DNA of 64,000 nucleotides from a virus (taxonomy: Duplodnaviria; Heunggongvirae; Uroviricota; Caudoviricetes): positions 90,650 to 154,649 of IMG/VR virus record IMGVR_UViG_3300037418_002962; one strand, 5' to 3'. The translations under genes were made by a program, and so were the position numbers. Every line of letters starts with the position of its first letter. Positions within the stretch are counted from its first letter, which is position 1. The notes below the pieces were generated by a model, which did not search any database, was not told the DNA's origin, and saw nothing but the letters and a program-made list of their open reading frames with translations. Of this stretch, positions 29,422-37,870 are shown in pieces.

Positions 29422-29605
29422 TATTTCTCCTTTTAATTTCACTAATATGAATTCCTAATTTATTATCATTTGTTACATAAAATGCTAATCTATAATTTCC
29501 ACATAAAATATTTACTTCTTTGTAAGTATCTCCAAATTCATCAAAGCTAATTCTAGAAATTGTTGCTCCTGTAACTTTTTGTAATTCTTTATTTAAATCT
29601 ATCAT
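29408..29605 (-). CDS. hypothetical protein (65 aa)
   Basis: ORF track; GAGGAAAA RBS. Confidence 0.35.
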   Translation of the reverse strand: MIDLNKELQKVTGATISRISFDEFGDTYKEVNILCGNYRLAFYVTNDNKLGIHISEIKRRNNETV

Positions 29606-29655
29606 TTTTCCTCACATCATCTTGTCAAATAAATAATTAAAAATGGGGGTGGCTA

Positions 29656-29949
29656 ATGAATATTTTTCTGAATATCTATAACTTTTTCTTAAAGATAGAC
29701 AGAAAAATAAATTATCTTCTTGGTCCTAGAGCAAATAATCCATATGCTGGTGATGAAAATTTTACCGTAAGTCAGGTATGGGGGAAATATCTAGAGCAAG
29801 ATCCTTACGGACATCCTAGCCTTTGCGTTATTTGTAAATTTCTTACTTATATTGATAACGCTATAAGGTATTTTTTCAATCTACCATACATTTCCAATCA
29901 TTGCAAGGATGCAATTGACTTTAATAATGACTCCATATCAACTTCTTGA
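29656..29949 (+). CDS. hypothetical protein (97 aa)
   Basis: ORF track; short rightward islet. Confidence 0.3.
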   Translation: MNIFLNIYNFFLKIDRKINYLLGPRANNPYAGDENFTVSQVWGKYLEQDPYGHPSLCVICKFLTYIDNAIRYFFNLPYISNHCKDAIDFNNDSISTS

Positions 29950-30541
29950 ACTTGACCAAAACAATTACACTATCGATGATTTAAAGAAAGCCTATAGAAA
30001 AGCCTGTCTGAAATATCATCCAGATGTCAATAAAGATTCTAATGCCTCTGTAATATTCAGAGAAGTTAATTCTGCATATGAATTTCTAAAGGATAATTAT
30101 GGTAAAGTTACCGTAAAGGTTCCTGAGTACAAGGCTCCAGATATTAAAAAGGAAAAGCCTGAATACGTAAATAAAACTGGCTGGAAAATTTATGATAAAC
30201 ATCCTCCACCACCATTTCCTAAAGATCCCGGAAATCCTTTAGATAGGATGTTTACCGATGAAGATAAATTCAATCAAGAAAAAATAAAAGCCACTAAAGA
30301 AACTACAAAATATTTTGATAGAAAAGGATATTTCTGTAGACAAATTAAATTCAATAAAACAACAAATAGCAGATATTTAAAAATTCCAGGTCCATTAATT
30401 CCTAGAGATACAGAGGTTCTTTGTATAGACATTGAAAATAATAAAGAATTTTCTGTATTCTTAAAAGCAGGAAGTGTTTTACCTATAAGGGTAAATAATA
30501 ATTTTATTATAGAGCCTGAACTTCCTTTTAACAGACGCTAA
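29927..30541 (+). CDS. J-domain (DnaJ-like) protein
   Basis: YQLLELDQN..DDLKKAYRKACLKYHPDVNKD...AYEFL = J domain with HPD tripeptide; C-terminal 140 aa unknown. Confidence 0.65.
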   Translation: MTPYQLLELDQNNYTIDDLKKAYRKACLKYHPDVNKDSNASVIFREVNSAYEFLKDNYGKVTVKVPEYKAPDIKKEKPEYVNKTGWKIYDKHPPPPFPKDPGNPLDRMFTDEDKFNQEKIKATKETTKYFDRKGYFCRQIKFNKTTNSRYLKIPGPLIPRDTEVLCIDIENNKEFSVFLKAGSVLPIRVNNNFIIEPELPFNRR

Positions 30542-30690
30542 TTTTCTTCTTTACAAAGTTCCTCAACCTGATGGAGGTATTCTATTGCAGCATTTCTCTG
30601 TTCTGTACTGAGATGATGAAGGTTGGCAGTTTCAACTTCATACTGTGCTGCAGCTAGTCTAGGATTGTAACGTTTTTTATTTTCTGCCAT
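30538..30690 (-). CDS. small hypothetical protein (50 aa; not in ORF track)
   Basis: GGAG RBS 5 nt upstream of ATG; MAENKKRYNPRLAAAQYEVETANLHHLSTEQRNAAIEYLHQVEELCKEEN. Confidence 0.3.
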   Translation of the reverse strand: MAENKKRYNPRLAAAQYEVETANLHHLSTEQRNAAIEYLHQVEELCKEEN

Positions 30691-30779
30691 CTTTACTCCT
30701 TAAATATCAGTGCTATAAAAATATTTATTGGTCTTATAGTACAATGAGAAGAATAAAGTCTAATGCAATTTTTGCATAT

Positions 30780-31148
30780 CTAATAGCATTCTTTAATCTT
30801 CCAATGGAATCTCATTGTTCCGGGCATTTCACATACTAAATGCTTTCCTCTCAATGATTTTAGTGACCATTCATCATAAAAGAATCCTTCTCTTTTTAAG
30901 AGAATCTTCAAAGATTTATATAAATTCATAGAGTAAAGAGTTTCTTCATCTCCTAATTTAGTTACAAGGAGACAATCATTTAGGATATCATATCCTTGCA
31001 CTACCAATACTTGGTTGGTTCTGCCTGAACTTTTTATTAAATTCAAAGTAGGATATATTTTGTCAATCACTTTAGATTTCATCCAATACAAGTTCAGAAA
31101 TTGTATATTCTCCATATAATTGATCTTTTTCATAAATTCCAATAGCAT
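30780..31148 (-). CDS. hypothetical protein (start uncertain; internal ATG 31082 or 31115 possible)
   Basis: ORF track; overlaps the next gene. Confidence 0.35.
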   Translation of the reverse strand: MLLEFMKKINYMENIQFLNLYWMKSKVIDKIYPTLNLIKSSGRTNQVLVVQGYDILNDCLLVTKLGDEETLYSMNLYKSLKILLKREGFFYDEWSLKSLRGKHLVCEMPGTMRFHWKIKECY

Positions 31149-31251
31149 CTTCCGCTTTTTCTTTGGAAGAAAATATACCTTTGATTATATGATAATCATC
31201 AAATTCATGTCTATCATAATTATGAAAATAAACGATAAAAACCTTAGTCAT
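31072..31251 (-). CDS. hypothetical protein (59 aa, start at MTKVF with AAAGG RBS)
   Basis: Internal ATG of track ORF 31072-31431; upstream gene stops just before the RBS. Confidence 0.35.
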   Translation of the reverse strand: MTKVFIVYFHNYDRHEFDDYHIIKGIFSSKEKAEDAIGIYEKDQLYGEYTISELVLDEI

Positions 31252-31273
31252 TGAATCGCCTTTCTGCTTATAA

Positions 31274-31522
31274 CTAAATTCCTCTATGAACATAAAATCT
31301 CGTAACCAATTCACCATGGAATGTAACAGATGCAAAAGATTTGTCAAGGTCTTCTGACCATACATTCCATAAAATTGTTTCCCAAGGCTTATCCATAACC
31401 CAATTTTTGATATACTGGATAGCCACTTCAAAATTCTCTACATCTGTGATGTAAAGCTTATGAGAAGAATTATGTTCTTTTTTGTATAGTCTTAGAGTTG
31501 TCATAATTCTTCTCAAGCTCAC
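31274..31522 (-). CDS. hypothetical protein (82 aa)
   Basis: ORF track. Confidence 0.35.
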   Translation of the reverse strand: MSLRRIMTTLRLYKKEHNSSHKLYITDVENFEVAIQYIKNWVMDKPWETILWNVWSEDLDKSFASVTFHGELVTRFYVHRGI

Positions 31523-31528
31523 TTCAAT

Positions 31529-32446
31529 CTACTTCTGATTCTGATCAGAAACCTTAGAATCCACGTTCATGAATGGCATGACATTGCTTAGCATAGAAGT
31601 TGGCAATTTACCATCCCAACGGTCAGCCTTATGAAGGTCTACAAGACGTGGATTGGCAGACAGGGCATCAGCCTGTGCCTTGATTGCAGTGGCCTGTGCA
31701 GCACCCTGAATTTCAATGGCCTTTGCTTCTGCAGTAGCTTGTAGAATTCGTGCATCGGCAGCACCCTTTGCAGTTGCACGAACAGCATTGGCTGCACCTT
31801 CTGCTTGAATTGCAGCAGTCTCTGCATCCTTCTGTGCCTGCTGCTTTGCATACTCCTTGGCTTCTACACCAGCCTTTGCGGTAGCTGCCTGACTGATAGC
31901 ATTTCGATAACTCTCAGTATATTGCATATCAGAAAGCTGGAAATCTGTCACTTCTACTCCAAGTGACTTTGCATCATTCTGGAGTGTTGCCTTAATCAAA
32001 TCACGCAACTCACCACGCTTCTCTGCAACAGATGAAACGTTAACTTTGCCCATCTGTGACTTGAGGCGATCAATAGTCATGACGTATAGACGATCTCGAT
32101 AATCGCGAACATTTGTATAAACAAACGATACATTTGCTGCAGGAATTCGATAAAATACATTAAATGTAACATCTACTTCCTGATTGTCAATTGTATAAGT
32201 ATTAACTCCTGTAGGATATCCTGTAGAAGGATTAATGGGATGTACCTCCTGAATATCAGTCAAAAATGTTTCTGTAGAATTGACAAATGGCAACTTAAAA
32301 TGAAGCCCAGAATCCGCCACATAAGAAATCTGGCCGAAACGAGTTACTACAACAGATTCATTTGGCTGAACTGTAAAATAGCTCATTGAAAACAGGATAA
32401 CTGACAAAAATGCCAGGACACCAAAAACAATAAAACTAGGTTTCAT
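31529..32446 (-). CDS. SPFH / band-7 (HflK/C-stomatin-prohibitin-like) membrane protein
   Basis: N-terminal transmembrane helix followed by SYFTVQPNESVVVTRFGQI...GLHFKLPFV, the classic SPFH-domain opening; Ala/Gln-rich coiled coil at the C-terminus; GC about 50%. Confidence 0.7.
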   Translation of the reverse strand: MKPSFIVFGVLAFLSVILFSMSYFTVQPNESVVVTRFGQISYVADSGLHFKLPFVNSTETFLTDIQEVHPINPSTGYPTGVNTYTIDNQEVDVTFNVFYRIPAANVSFVYTNVRDYRDRLYVMTIDRLKSQMGKVNVSSVAEKRGELRDLIKATLQNDAKSLGVEVTDFQLSDMQYTESYRNAISQAATAKAGVEAKEYAKQQAQKDAETAAIQAEGAANAVRATAKGAADARILQATAEAKAIEIQGAAQATAIKAQADALSANPRLVDLHKADRWDGKLPTSMLSNVMPFMNVDSKVSDQNQK

Positions 32447-32483
32447 AATATATACTCTCCTTTTTAAATGTTAAAATTATAAC

Positions 32484-33020
32484 TCAGTCTTTTACTAACT
32501 TCTTTGCTGTATCAGGATATTTCTCAAGAAGACGCTTAAGATTCTCTCTTTCGGCTTCTTCTTGTCTTTTACGAATAGCTTCATTATGGGCATTCACTCT
32601 ATCAAAATACATTTTTGACATATCTGGTCGTTCTTTCCATAGTTGATCCATTTCTTTTTTCATATCCTTAAGCCTATGAGTCGAATGTTCCAGATACCAG
32701 TTAATTCGCTCAAAAAGCCATTCCTGTTTAATAGCGATAATCTTCTCATGGTTCAGAATATCAATATCAGTGATTTCACCTTCAGGGCCAAAAATTCCTA
32801 GAATCTTATAGGTATCAAGAAGCTCTCCCAGATGATGCTTCTTTTCCCATTCAAGCTGTTCCTTATACCTACCAAGGATAACAGTTACAGTATGACCGAT
32901 CAATTGGGAAAGAGTATTACCAGAAACCTTCTTGGTATCTTCTAAATCCGAATGAAGGCCATAATATTCTGCAGAACCTTCCCAATTATGGTAACGTTCC
33001 ATGATACAATTATAGAGCAT
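32484..33020 (-). CDS. hypothetical protein (178 aa)
   Basis: ORF track. Confidence 0.4.
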   Translation of the reverse strand: MLYNCIMERYHNWEGSAEYYGLHSDLEDTKKVSGNTLSQLIGHTVTVILGRYKEQLEWEKKHHLGELLDTYKILGIFGPEGEITDIDILNHEKIIAIKQEWLFERINWYLEHSTHRLKDMKKEMDQLWKERPDMSKMYFDRVNAHNEAIRKRQEEAERENLKRLLEKYPDTAKKLVKD

Positions 33021-33179
33021 TTAGTTATCCTTAATGAGTTTCTTCAATTTAAACCTAAGTTCGGTAAGATCCTTGAATGTCTTACAGCCAGGAAGCAAAG
33101 TCTCTTGAATAGAATTGACCATTGAAATCATAGTTTCAATCTTTCCAAGATCACTTTCGTCTAACCAAAGTTTAGCCAT
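33021..33179 (-). CDS. small hypothetical protein (52 aa; not in ORF track)
   Basis: Fits exactly between neighbours: its stop TAA abuts the downstream ATG, and its start overlaps the upstream stop by 8 nt. Confidence 0.3.
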   Translation of the reverse strand: MAKLWLDESDLGKIETMISMVNSIQETLLPGCKTFKDLTELRFKLKKLIKDN

Positions 33180-33483
33180 CTTCAATTACCTTCAGTTCCG
33201 AGATAAGCTTGTTACACAACTCAGCAGAATTTGTAAAACGCCCCTGAAAGCTATAACATACTTCGGTTCGGCCATCATAATGATTATAGATAACCTTGTC
33301 AAGGTCTACAACTTTACCTTGGATATTCAACTCAAAGATAAGCTTATCATTGGAGTCAAAAACCAAAATTTTATCATCCTGTACTCTATAGATTGCTCGA
33401 CAGTTTAGGCCAGAACTCTTCAAAGCCTCGGATATTCTGTAACAAATCTTATATGACATTTGGAATTCCTTCAAAGGTTGCAT
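33172..33483 (-). CDS. hypothetical protein (103 aa)
   Basis: ORF track; preferred over the plus-strand ORF 33115-33408. Confidence 0.4.
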   Translation of the reverse strand: MQPLKEFQMSYKICYRISEALKSSGLNCRAIYRVQDDKILVFDSNDKLIFELNIQGKVVDLDKVIYNHYDGRTEVCYSFQGRFTNSAELCNKLISELKVIEDG

Positions 33484-33739
33484 GGAATGGAAAAATTTTA
33501 ATGAACTCTTTTTGAGAAAGAAAATTCATATATTTTTCAGGAACTTCAATGATAATTTTCATCCCATCAGGGACTCTTGTATTAAATGTACATATAACTA
33601 AATGCCAGCCTTCCCTATTTCGGACAAGTTTAGTTCCTTGCCGTTGCATAAAGGAAATCACTTCCCATCCGTTTACAATTGGAACAGGATATTTATAGAC
33701 ATACTGAGATGCCTTAGAGGATTTGATAAAATGTGTCAT
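33449..33739 (-). CDS. hypothetical protein (96 aa)
   Basis: ORF track. Confidence 0.4.
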   Translation of the reverse strand: MTHFIKSSKASQYVYKYPVPIVNGWEVISFMQRQGTKLVRNREGWHLVICTFNTRVPDGMKIIIEVPEKYMNFLSQKEFIKIFPFHATFEGIPNVI

Positions 33740-33743
33740 TGTT

Positions 33744-34037
33744 TTAAGGAGTTATAAGTTCCACAAAGTCTGAATAGTAATAATACACATCATTAAGTCC
33801 AGAACTATGACCATGTTCCCATGCCAATTCAAAAAGCCTTTTGCTCTTTGGATGTCCAACAACACCAAATTCTTGTTCAAGATCACCACGGAATATTTCA
33901 TTCCACATTTTACTACAGGCAATATGATAATCGTTCATAACTTTATAACGATCATCCTTAGATAGATTTTTAGTTTCCTGTGGAAGAGGAACCTCATATG
34001 CTCTAGCAGCAATCTTGGCTTTTACATCAATCGACAT
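33744..34037 (-). CDS. hypothetical protein (97 aa)
   Basis: ORF track. Confidence 0.4.
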   Translation of the reverse strand: MSIDVKAKIAARAYEVPLPQETKNLSKDDRYKVMNDYHIACSKMWNEIFRGDLEQEFGVVGHPKSKRLFELAWEHGHSSGLNDVYYYYSDFVELITP

Positions 34038-34038
34038 T

Positions 34039-34230
34039 TTAGTTCTCCAATAAACAAAAAGTTTCTAAAATTTTCATTTCATAAACGTCATTATCATAAG
34101 TATATTGAATATAATACTCAATTCCATCTTTTGTATTCTCTTCACTAAGAACTTCTCCAACAAGAAGCTCATTATGAATGATAAATTTGATTGTCTTATG
34201 CGATTTCATCTTTATCTCCATAAAGTTCAC
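34039..34230 (-). CDS. hypothetical protein (63 aa)
   Basis: ORF track. Confidence 0.35.
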   Translation of the reverse strand: MNFMEIKMKSHKTIKFIIHNELLVGEVLSEENTKDGIEYYIQYTYDNDVYEMKILETFCLLEN

Positions 34231-34330
34231 AATTTTGGGAATTAGAATCCTTCATGCGAATTTTATCATCAACCGAAAACTTAGGCATCTGATCTCTCCA
34301 AAGAATTTGAACATCAAGGATAGTACCTTT

Positions 34331-34639
34331 TTAGGGATATGTCAAGACCCTTTTACGATATCTTTTTGGGTTATCTTCAAAAACAGTCTTAATGACACAA
34401 TAAGCATGGCTATACAATGCTATAATAGTTTTATCACGGTAATAAAGCTTATACAGAGAATCCTTAAAAGAAGGATTATTGGGATCTTTTTGGTCCCTAA
34501 TCAAATCTGCAGCACCAGGCCTTATGATATTAATCCAGTTTTTATATAATTTTTCATCTAGCTCAACACCATAACGTTGTTTGGCTCTCTTACGAGTATG
34601 CTCAAAATAGACTTTACTCTTCTGTCCATTCGTCTTCAT
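34331..34639 (-). CDS. hypothetical basic protein (102 aa)
   Basis: ORF track; last gene of the leftward block. Confidence 0.4.
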   Translation of the reverse strand: MKTNGQKSKVYFEHTRKRAKQRYGVELDEKLYKNWINIIRPGAADLIRDQKDPNNPSFKDSLYKLYYRDKTIIALYSHAYCVIKTVFEDNPKRYRKRVLTYP

Positions 34640-34653
34640 TTATCCTTCCATAT

Positions 34654-34661
34654 TATAAATA
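34654..34661 (+). promoter_or_regulatory. T4-type late promoter TATAAATA upstream of the neck gene
   Basis: Exact TATAAATA 30 nt upstream of ATG 34691. Confidence 0.55.
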
Positions 34662-34690
34662 TATTAGCATAATTCTAGGAGATATATCAT

Positions 34691-35434
34691 ATGGCTGTTC
34701 CAATTACAAGAGAAGGCTTCAAACTTAATGCTTTAAGGCGTTTAGGTTGGCCCACAATAAAGGTGAATTTAGACGATGACACGATTGAAGATCGTATTGA
34801 TGAGGCTCTAGATTATTTCTATCAGTTTGCCTTTGATGGCACAGAACAGGTTTATTATACAGTCCAACTAACTCCTACAGATATAACCAATAGATATCTC
34901 ACAATTCCTACGAGTATTCAAGGTGTTTCAAGAGCACTTCTGCCAAATACCGGATTAATTAATGGTGAAGATATGTTCAATATCCGTTATCAGATTGCCA
35001 TGAACGATATCTATTCAATTTCTTCAATTTCAATGGTTCCATACTTTATGGTCATGGAACAGCTTTCACTAATCGAAGAAGTCCTTATAGGAACAGATCC
35101 AATCCGTTTTAGCAGACACACAGGAAGATTATATATCGATACAGATTGGGCATTTCTTTCTGCAGGCAATTTCGTAATCATTGAGGCATGGCAACAGATT
35201 GATGCAGATGCAAATCCTTCAATCTGGTCTGATAGATGGTTACAAAAATATGCAACTGCACTAATCAAGAAGAATTGGGCAGATATCTTGATTAAATTTC
35301 CGAATATGCAACTTCCAGGTGGAATTACCTTTAATGGTCAAACAATCCTACAAGAAGCTAAGGAAGAAATTTCAAAGTTAGAAAAGGAAATGCAGGATAC
35401 CTACTCACTTCCACCACAATCATTCTTATTCTAA
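34691..35434 (+). CDS. gp13: neck protein, gp13-like
   Basis: LNALRRLGWPTIKVNLDDDTIEDRIDEALDYF resembles remembered T4 gp13 ([28 protein letters not shown]); position before gp14/gp15. Confidence 0.5.
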   Translation: MAVPITREGFKLNALRRLGWPTIKVNLDDDTIEDRIDEALDYFYQFAFDGTEQVYYTVQLTPTDITNRYLTIPTSIQGVSRALLPNTGLINGEDMFNIRYQIAMNDIYSISSISMVPYFMVMEQLSLIEEVLIGTDPIRFSRHTGRLYIDTDWAFLSAGNFVIIEAWQQIDADANPSIWSDRWLQKYATALIKKNWADILIKFPNMQLPGGITFNGQTILQEAKEEISKLEKEMQDTYSLPPQSFLF

Positions 35435-35443
35435 GGATTTATT

Positions 35444-36160
35444 TTGCCTAATCACTATTTCGACAATTTCAATTACCAGCCTGAACAGGATCTTGTTGAA
35501 GATCTTATCATAGAATCAATTGGTATCTATGGTATTGAGTGTTATTATATTCCAAGAGTTCTAAGAAAATTTGACCAACTCTATGGTGAAGATCCAATTT
35601 CTACTTACGAAAAGGCATATCTTATCGATATGTATATCAGGAATGTTGAAGGCTTTTCAGGCCAGGGAGATTTCTTGTCCAAGTTCTATTCCCAGATTAG
35701 AGATTCAATTACCTTCACGGTTGCTAAGAGAACCTTCAATGAGCTTATCGGAACTCCAGAAAATTTCACCAGAGCCAGGGAAGGGGATTTAGTCTGGTTC
35801 CCATTAAACAAGAAATTATTCATTATCAAGTTTGTTGAGCATGAGGCAATATTTTATCAATTCGGGAGCTTACAGACTTATGATCTTAAGTGTGATTTGT
35901 TTGAATATTCTAATGAGAAATTTAATACAGGTGTGCCAGAAATCGATATCTTCCAACAGGAATTCTCATTTGCCATGACAGATGATGCAATTGAAACTCA
36001 GGATAATAGTATTCTTACTACTCAGGATGGGCAACCATTGGTATCAAATGATTTTGATTTTGGTAAACAGACTGGAGAAACCTTTGAGGATAATGATACC
36101 ATTACTACCCAAGCTAGTGACATTATTGATTTCAGTGAATCGAACCCCTTCTCGGAATAA
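35444..36160 (+). CDS. gp14: neck protein, gp14-like (acidic C-terminus)
   Basis: 238 aa; synteny between gp13-like and gp15. Confidence 0.4.
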   Translation: MPNHYFDNFNYQPEQDLVEDLIIESIGIYGIECYYIPRVLRKFDQLYGEDPISTYEKAYLIDMYIRNVEGFSGQGDFLSKFYSQIRDSITFTVAKRTFNELIGTPENFTRAREGDLVWFPLNKKLFIIKFVEHEAIFYQFGSLQTYDLKCDLFEYSNEKFNTGVPEIDIFQQEFSFAMTDDAIETQDNSILTTQDGQPLVSNDFDFGKQTGETFEDNDTITTQASDIIDFSESNPFSE

Positions 36161-36162
36161 AC

Positions 36163-36846
36163 ATGAAATCATTTAAACAGTTATTTGAAAATCATGAAGA
36201 ATGGCTAGGAACTGCAAATCCTAAAGATCTAGAAACAGGCGAAGGAATATTTGCCTCTGATGGACCACCACATCATATAGTTTCTGCTTCACAGAATTTA
36301 CATCAAAGACATAATTTTACTCATGATGAATTTACTAGTGTTAATGCATATATTGGAGCAAATAACCTACCAGAAAATAATATGTTTAAAGGATATAGAG
36401 CAATTAATGGACATTTAAGAGGAACTTTACATTCAGATGCAACTCTTCCTTCATTTCATCTAAAAAATCTAGATAAAAATCTTTTAGATAAACATATCAG
36501 TAATTTAGATTCTGCTATTGCTAAACATACAACAGAACATCCAATTCATTTATGGAGAGGATTTCATAGAGATGCTAGAGTTCAGGATTTAACACCTGGA
36601 GATATTTTTCATGATAAGGGATTTGTCTCTACGACAACAGATCCTAGTTATGCAAAACAAATGAGGCATGTAGTAGCTCATATTAAAGTCCCGAAAGGAT
36701 CTAAAGCGTTAGCTGTTAACAAGTATCATTTTGATAATGATTGGGAACATGAAGTATTACTTCCAAGAAACTCCAAGTTTCGCTACGAAGGTTATACAGA
36801 TCATGGAACAACAAGGATTCATCATCTAGAACATATTCCAGAGTAA
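36163..36846 (+). CDS. capsid-targeted ADP-ribosyltransferase paralog 9
   Basis: MKSFKQLFENHEEWLGTANP; YRAINGHLRGT, IHLWRGF, DKGFVSTTT, WEHEVLLPRNSKFRYEG. Confidence 0.8.
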   Translation: MKSFKQLFENHEEWLGTANPKDLETGEGIFASDGPPHHIVSASQNLHQRHNFTHDEFTSVNAYIGANNLPENNMFKGYRAINGHLRGTLHSDATLPSFHLKNLDKNLLDKHISNLDSAIAKHTTEHPIHLWRGFHRDARVQDLTPGDIFHDKGFVSTTTDPSYAKQMRHVVAHIKVPKGSKALAVNKYHFDNDWEHEVLLPRNSKFRYEGYTDHGTTRIHHLEHIPE

Positions 36847-37160
36847 TCCTTAGAGGCAACCTACGGTTGATCCCTTACGGGATAACTTTTAGGTTTTGTT
36901 AACGATAAAAGGAATTTAAAATTATAAAGTACTTCATGAAGACACTTCATTATACACACATTAAAAAACCTGTCAAGTACTTTTGTCATAAATATTTAAG
37001 AATTCAAGTAAAAACTTGTGGATAACTTTGAGAGGCAAATAAAATATTCGGGCATACTTTCTTCTATTCATCTATACGCAACTATACGATAGCATTTGGA
37101 AGTTTATTTTCCAATATTTACATTAATCGAACAGATACCTCTAGTGATACTGTCCAGACA

Positions 37161-37868
37161 ATGGAAGTTCCTTGTAACTACGGTCCAAAAGAAAAATTTC
37201 TTGCCAGACTTTTATCTGATCCAGATCTTAAAAGACCAGCAATGGTTTTGCCAAGAATTGCTTTTGAGATTACTTCAATTCAATACGATTCTTCTAGAAA
37301 ATTAATCACAACTAATAAGGTTGTTAGGAACAATCCTAAAGGTGGTACTTCTACCTTATATTCTCCTGTACCTTATAATTTTAATTTCAATCTCTATGTC
37401 ATGACTAAGAACATTGAAGATGGCACTAGAATTATTGAGCAAATCCTTCCATATTTTACTCCAACCTACACAGTGACAGTTAAAGTTGTTCCACAATTAA
37501 ATATTACCCATGATGTTCCAATTACTTTAAATTCTGTAGAGAATATGGACTCTTATGATGGTTCTTATGAGGAAAGAAGAGCTATTATCTGGACTCTTGG
37601 GTTTACCTTGCAGGGTTGGTTGTATGGACCTACTACAAATAATGTAACGAACATTATCAAAAAAGTTACCATCAATTTCTTTGCACCTACTACAAATACT
37701 GCAATAGAAGGAATTGGAATTACATCAGTAAGCGAGGGGTTCATCATGACACCAGGGCAAGATGCAAACGGAAATCCCACACAAAATTCTTCAATAGCAA
37801 TAAATTATAAGGATGTTCAGCCCGATACTCCTTATGCGTTTATTTACGATTTTTTTAGTAATGATTAA
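37161..37868 (+). CDS. gp15: tail sheath stabiliser / tail completion protein gp15 (coordinates from first ATG; conserved N-terminus continues upstream to 37032 with no canonical start)
   Basis: RIIEQILPYFTPTY, AMVLPRIAFEITSIQYD, IWTLGFTLQGWLYGP match remembered T4 gp15 (QIVEQILPYFQPHF, ETILPRINLHLVDFSYN, EWSLTFEVNGWMYPP). Confidence 0.8.
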   Translation: MEVPCNYGPKEKFLARLLSDPDLKRPAMVLPRIAFEITSIQYDSSRKLITTNKVVRNNPKGGTSTLYSPVPYNFNFNLYVMTKNIEDGTRIIEQILPYFTPTYTVTVKVVPQLNITHDVPITLNSVENMDSYDGSYEERRAIIWTLGFTLQGWLYGPTTNNVTNIIKKVTINFFAPTTNTAIEGIGITSVSEGFIMTPGQDANGNPTQNSSIAINYKDVQPDTPYAFIYDFFSND

Positions 37869-37870
37869 TC

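Noticed and set aside
32484-33020. MazG-like pyrophosphatase call for the 178-aa early protein
   Set aside because: Only a vague EExxE/Leu-rich resemblance; no clear MazG EExxE...RHxH pattern; left as hypothetical
33115-33408. Plus-strand 97-aa ORF, and likewise 34178-34549 (123 aa)
   Set aside because: They overlap minus-strand ORFs that fit the leftward operon with coupled junctions; the plus-strand versions have no RBS and low-complexity translations
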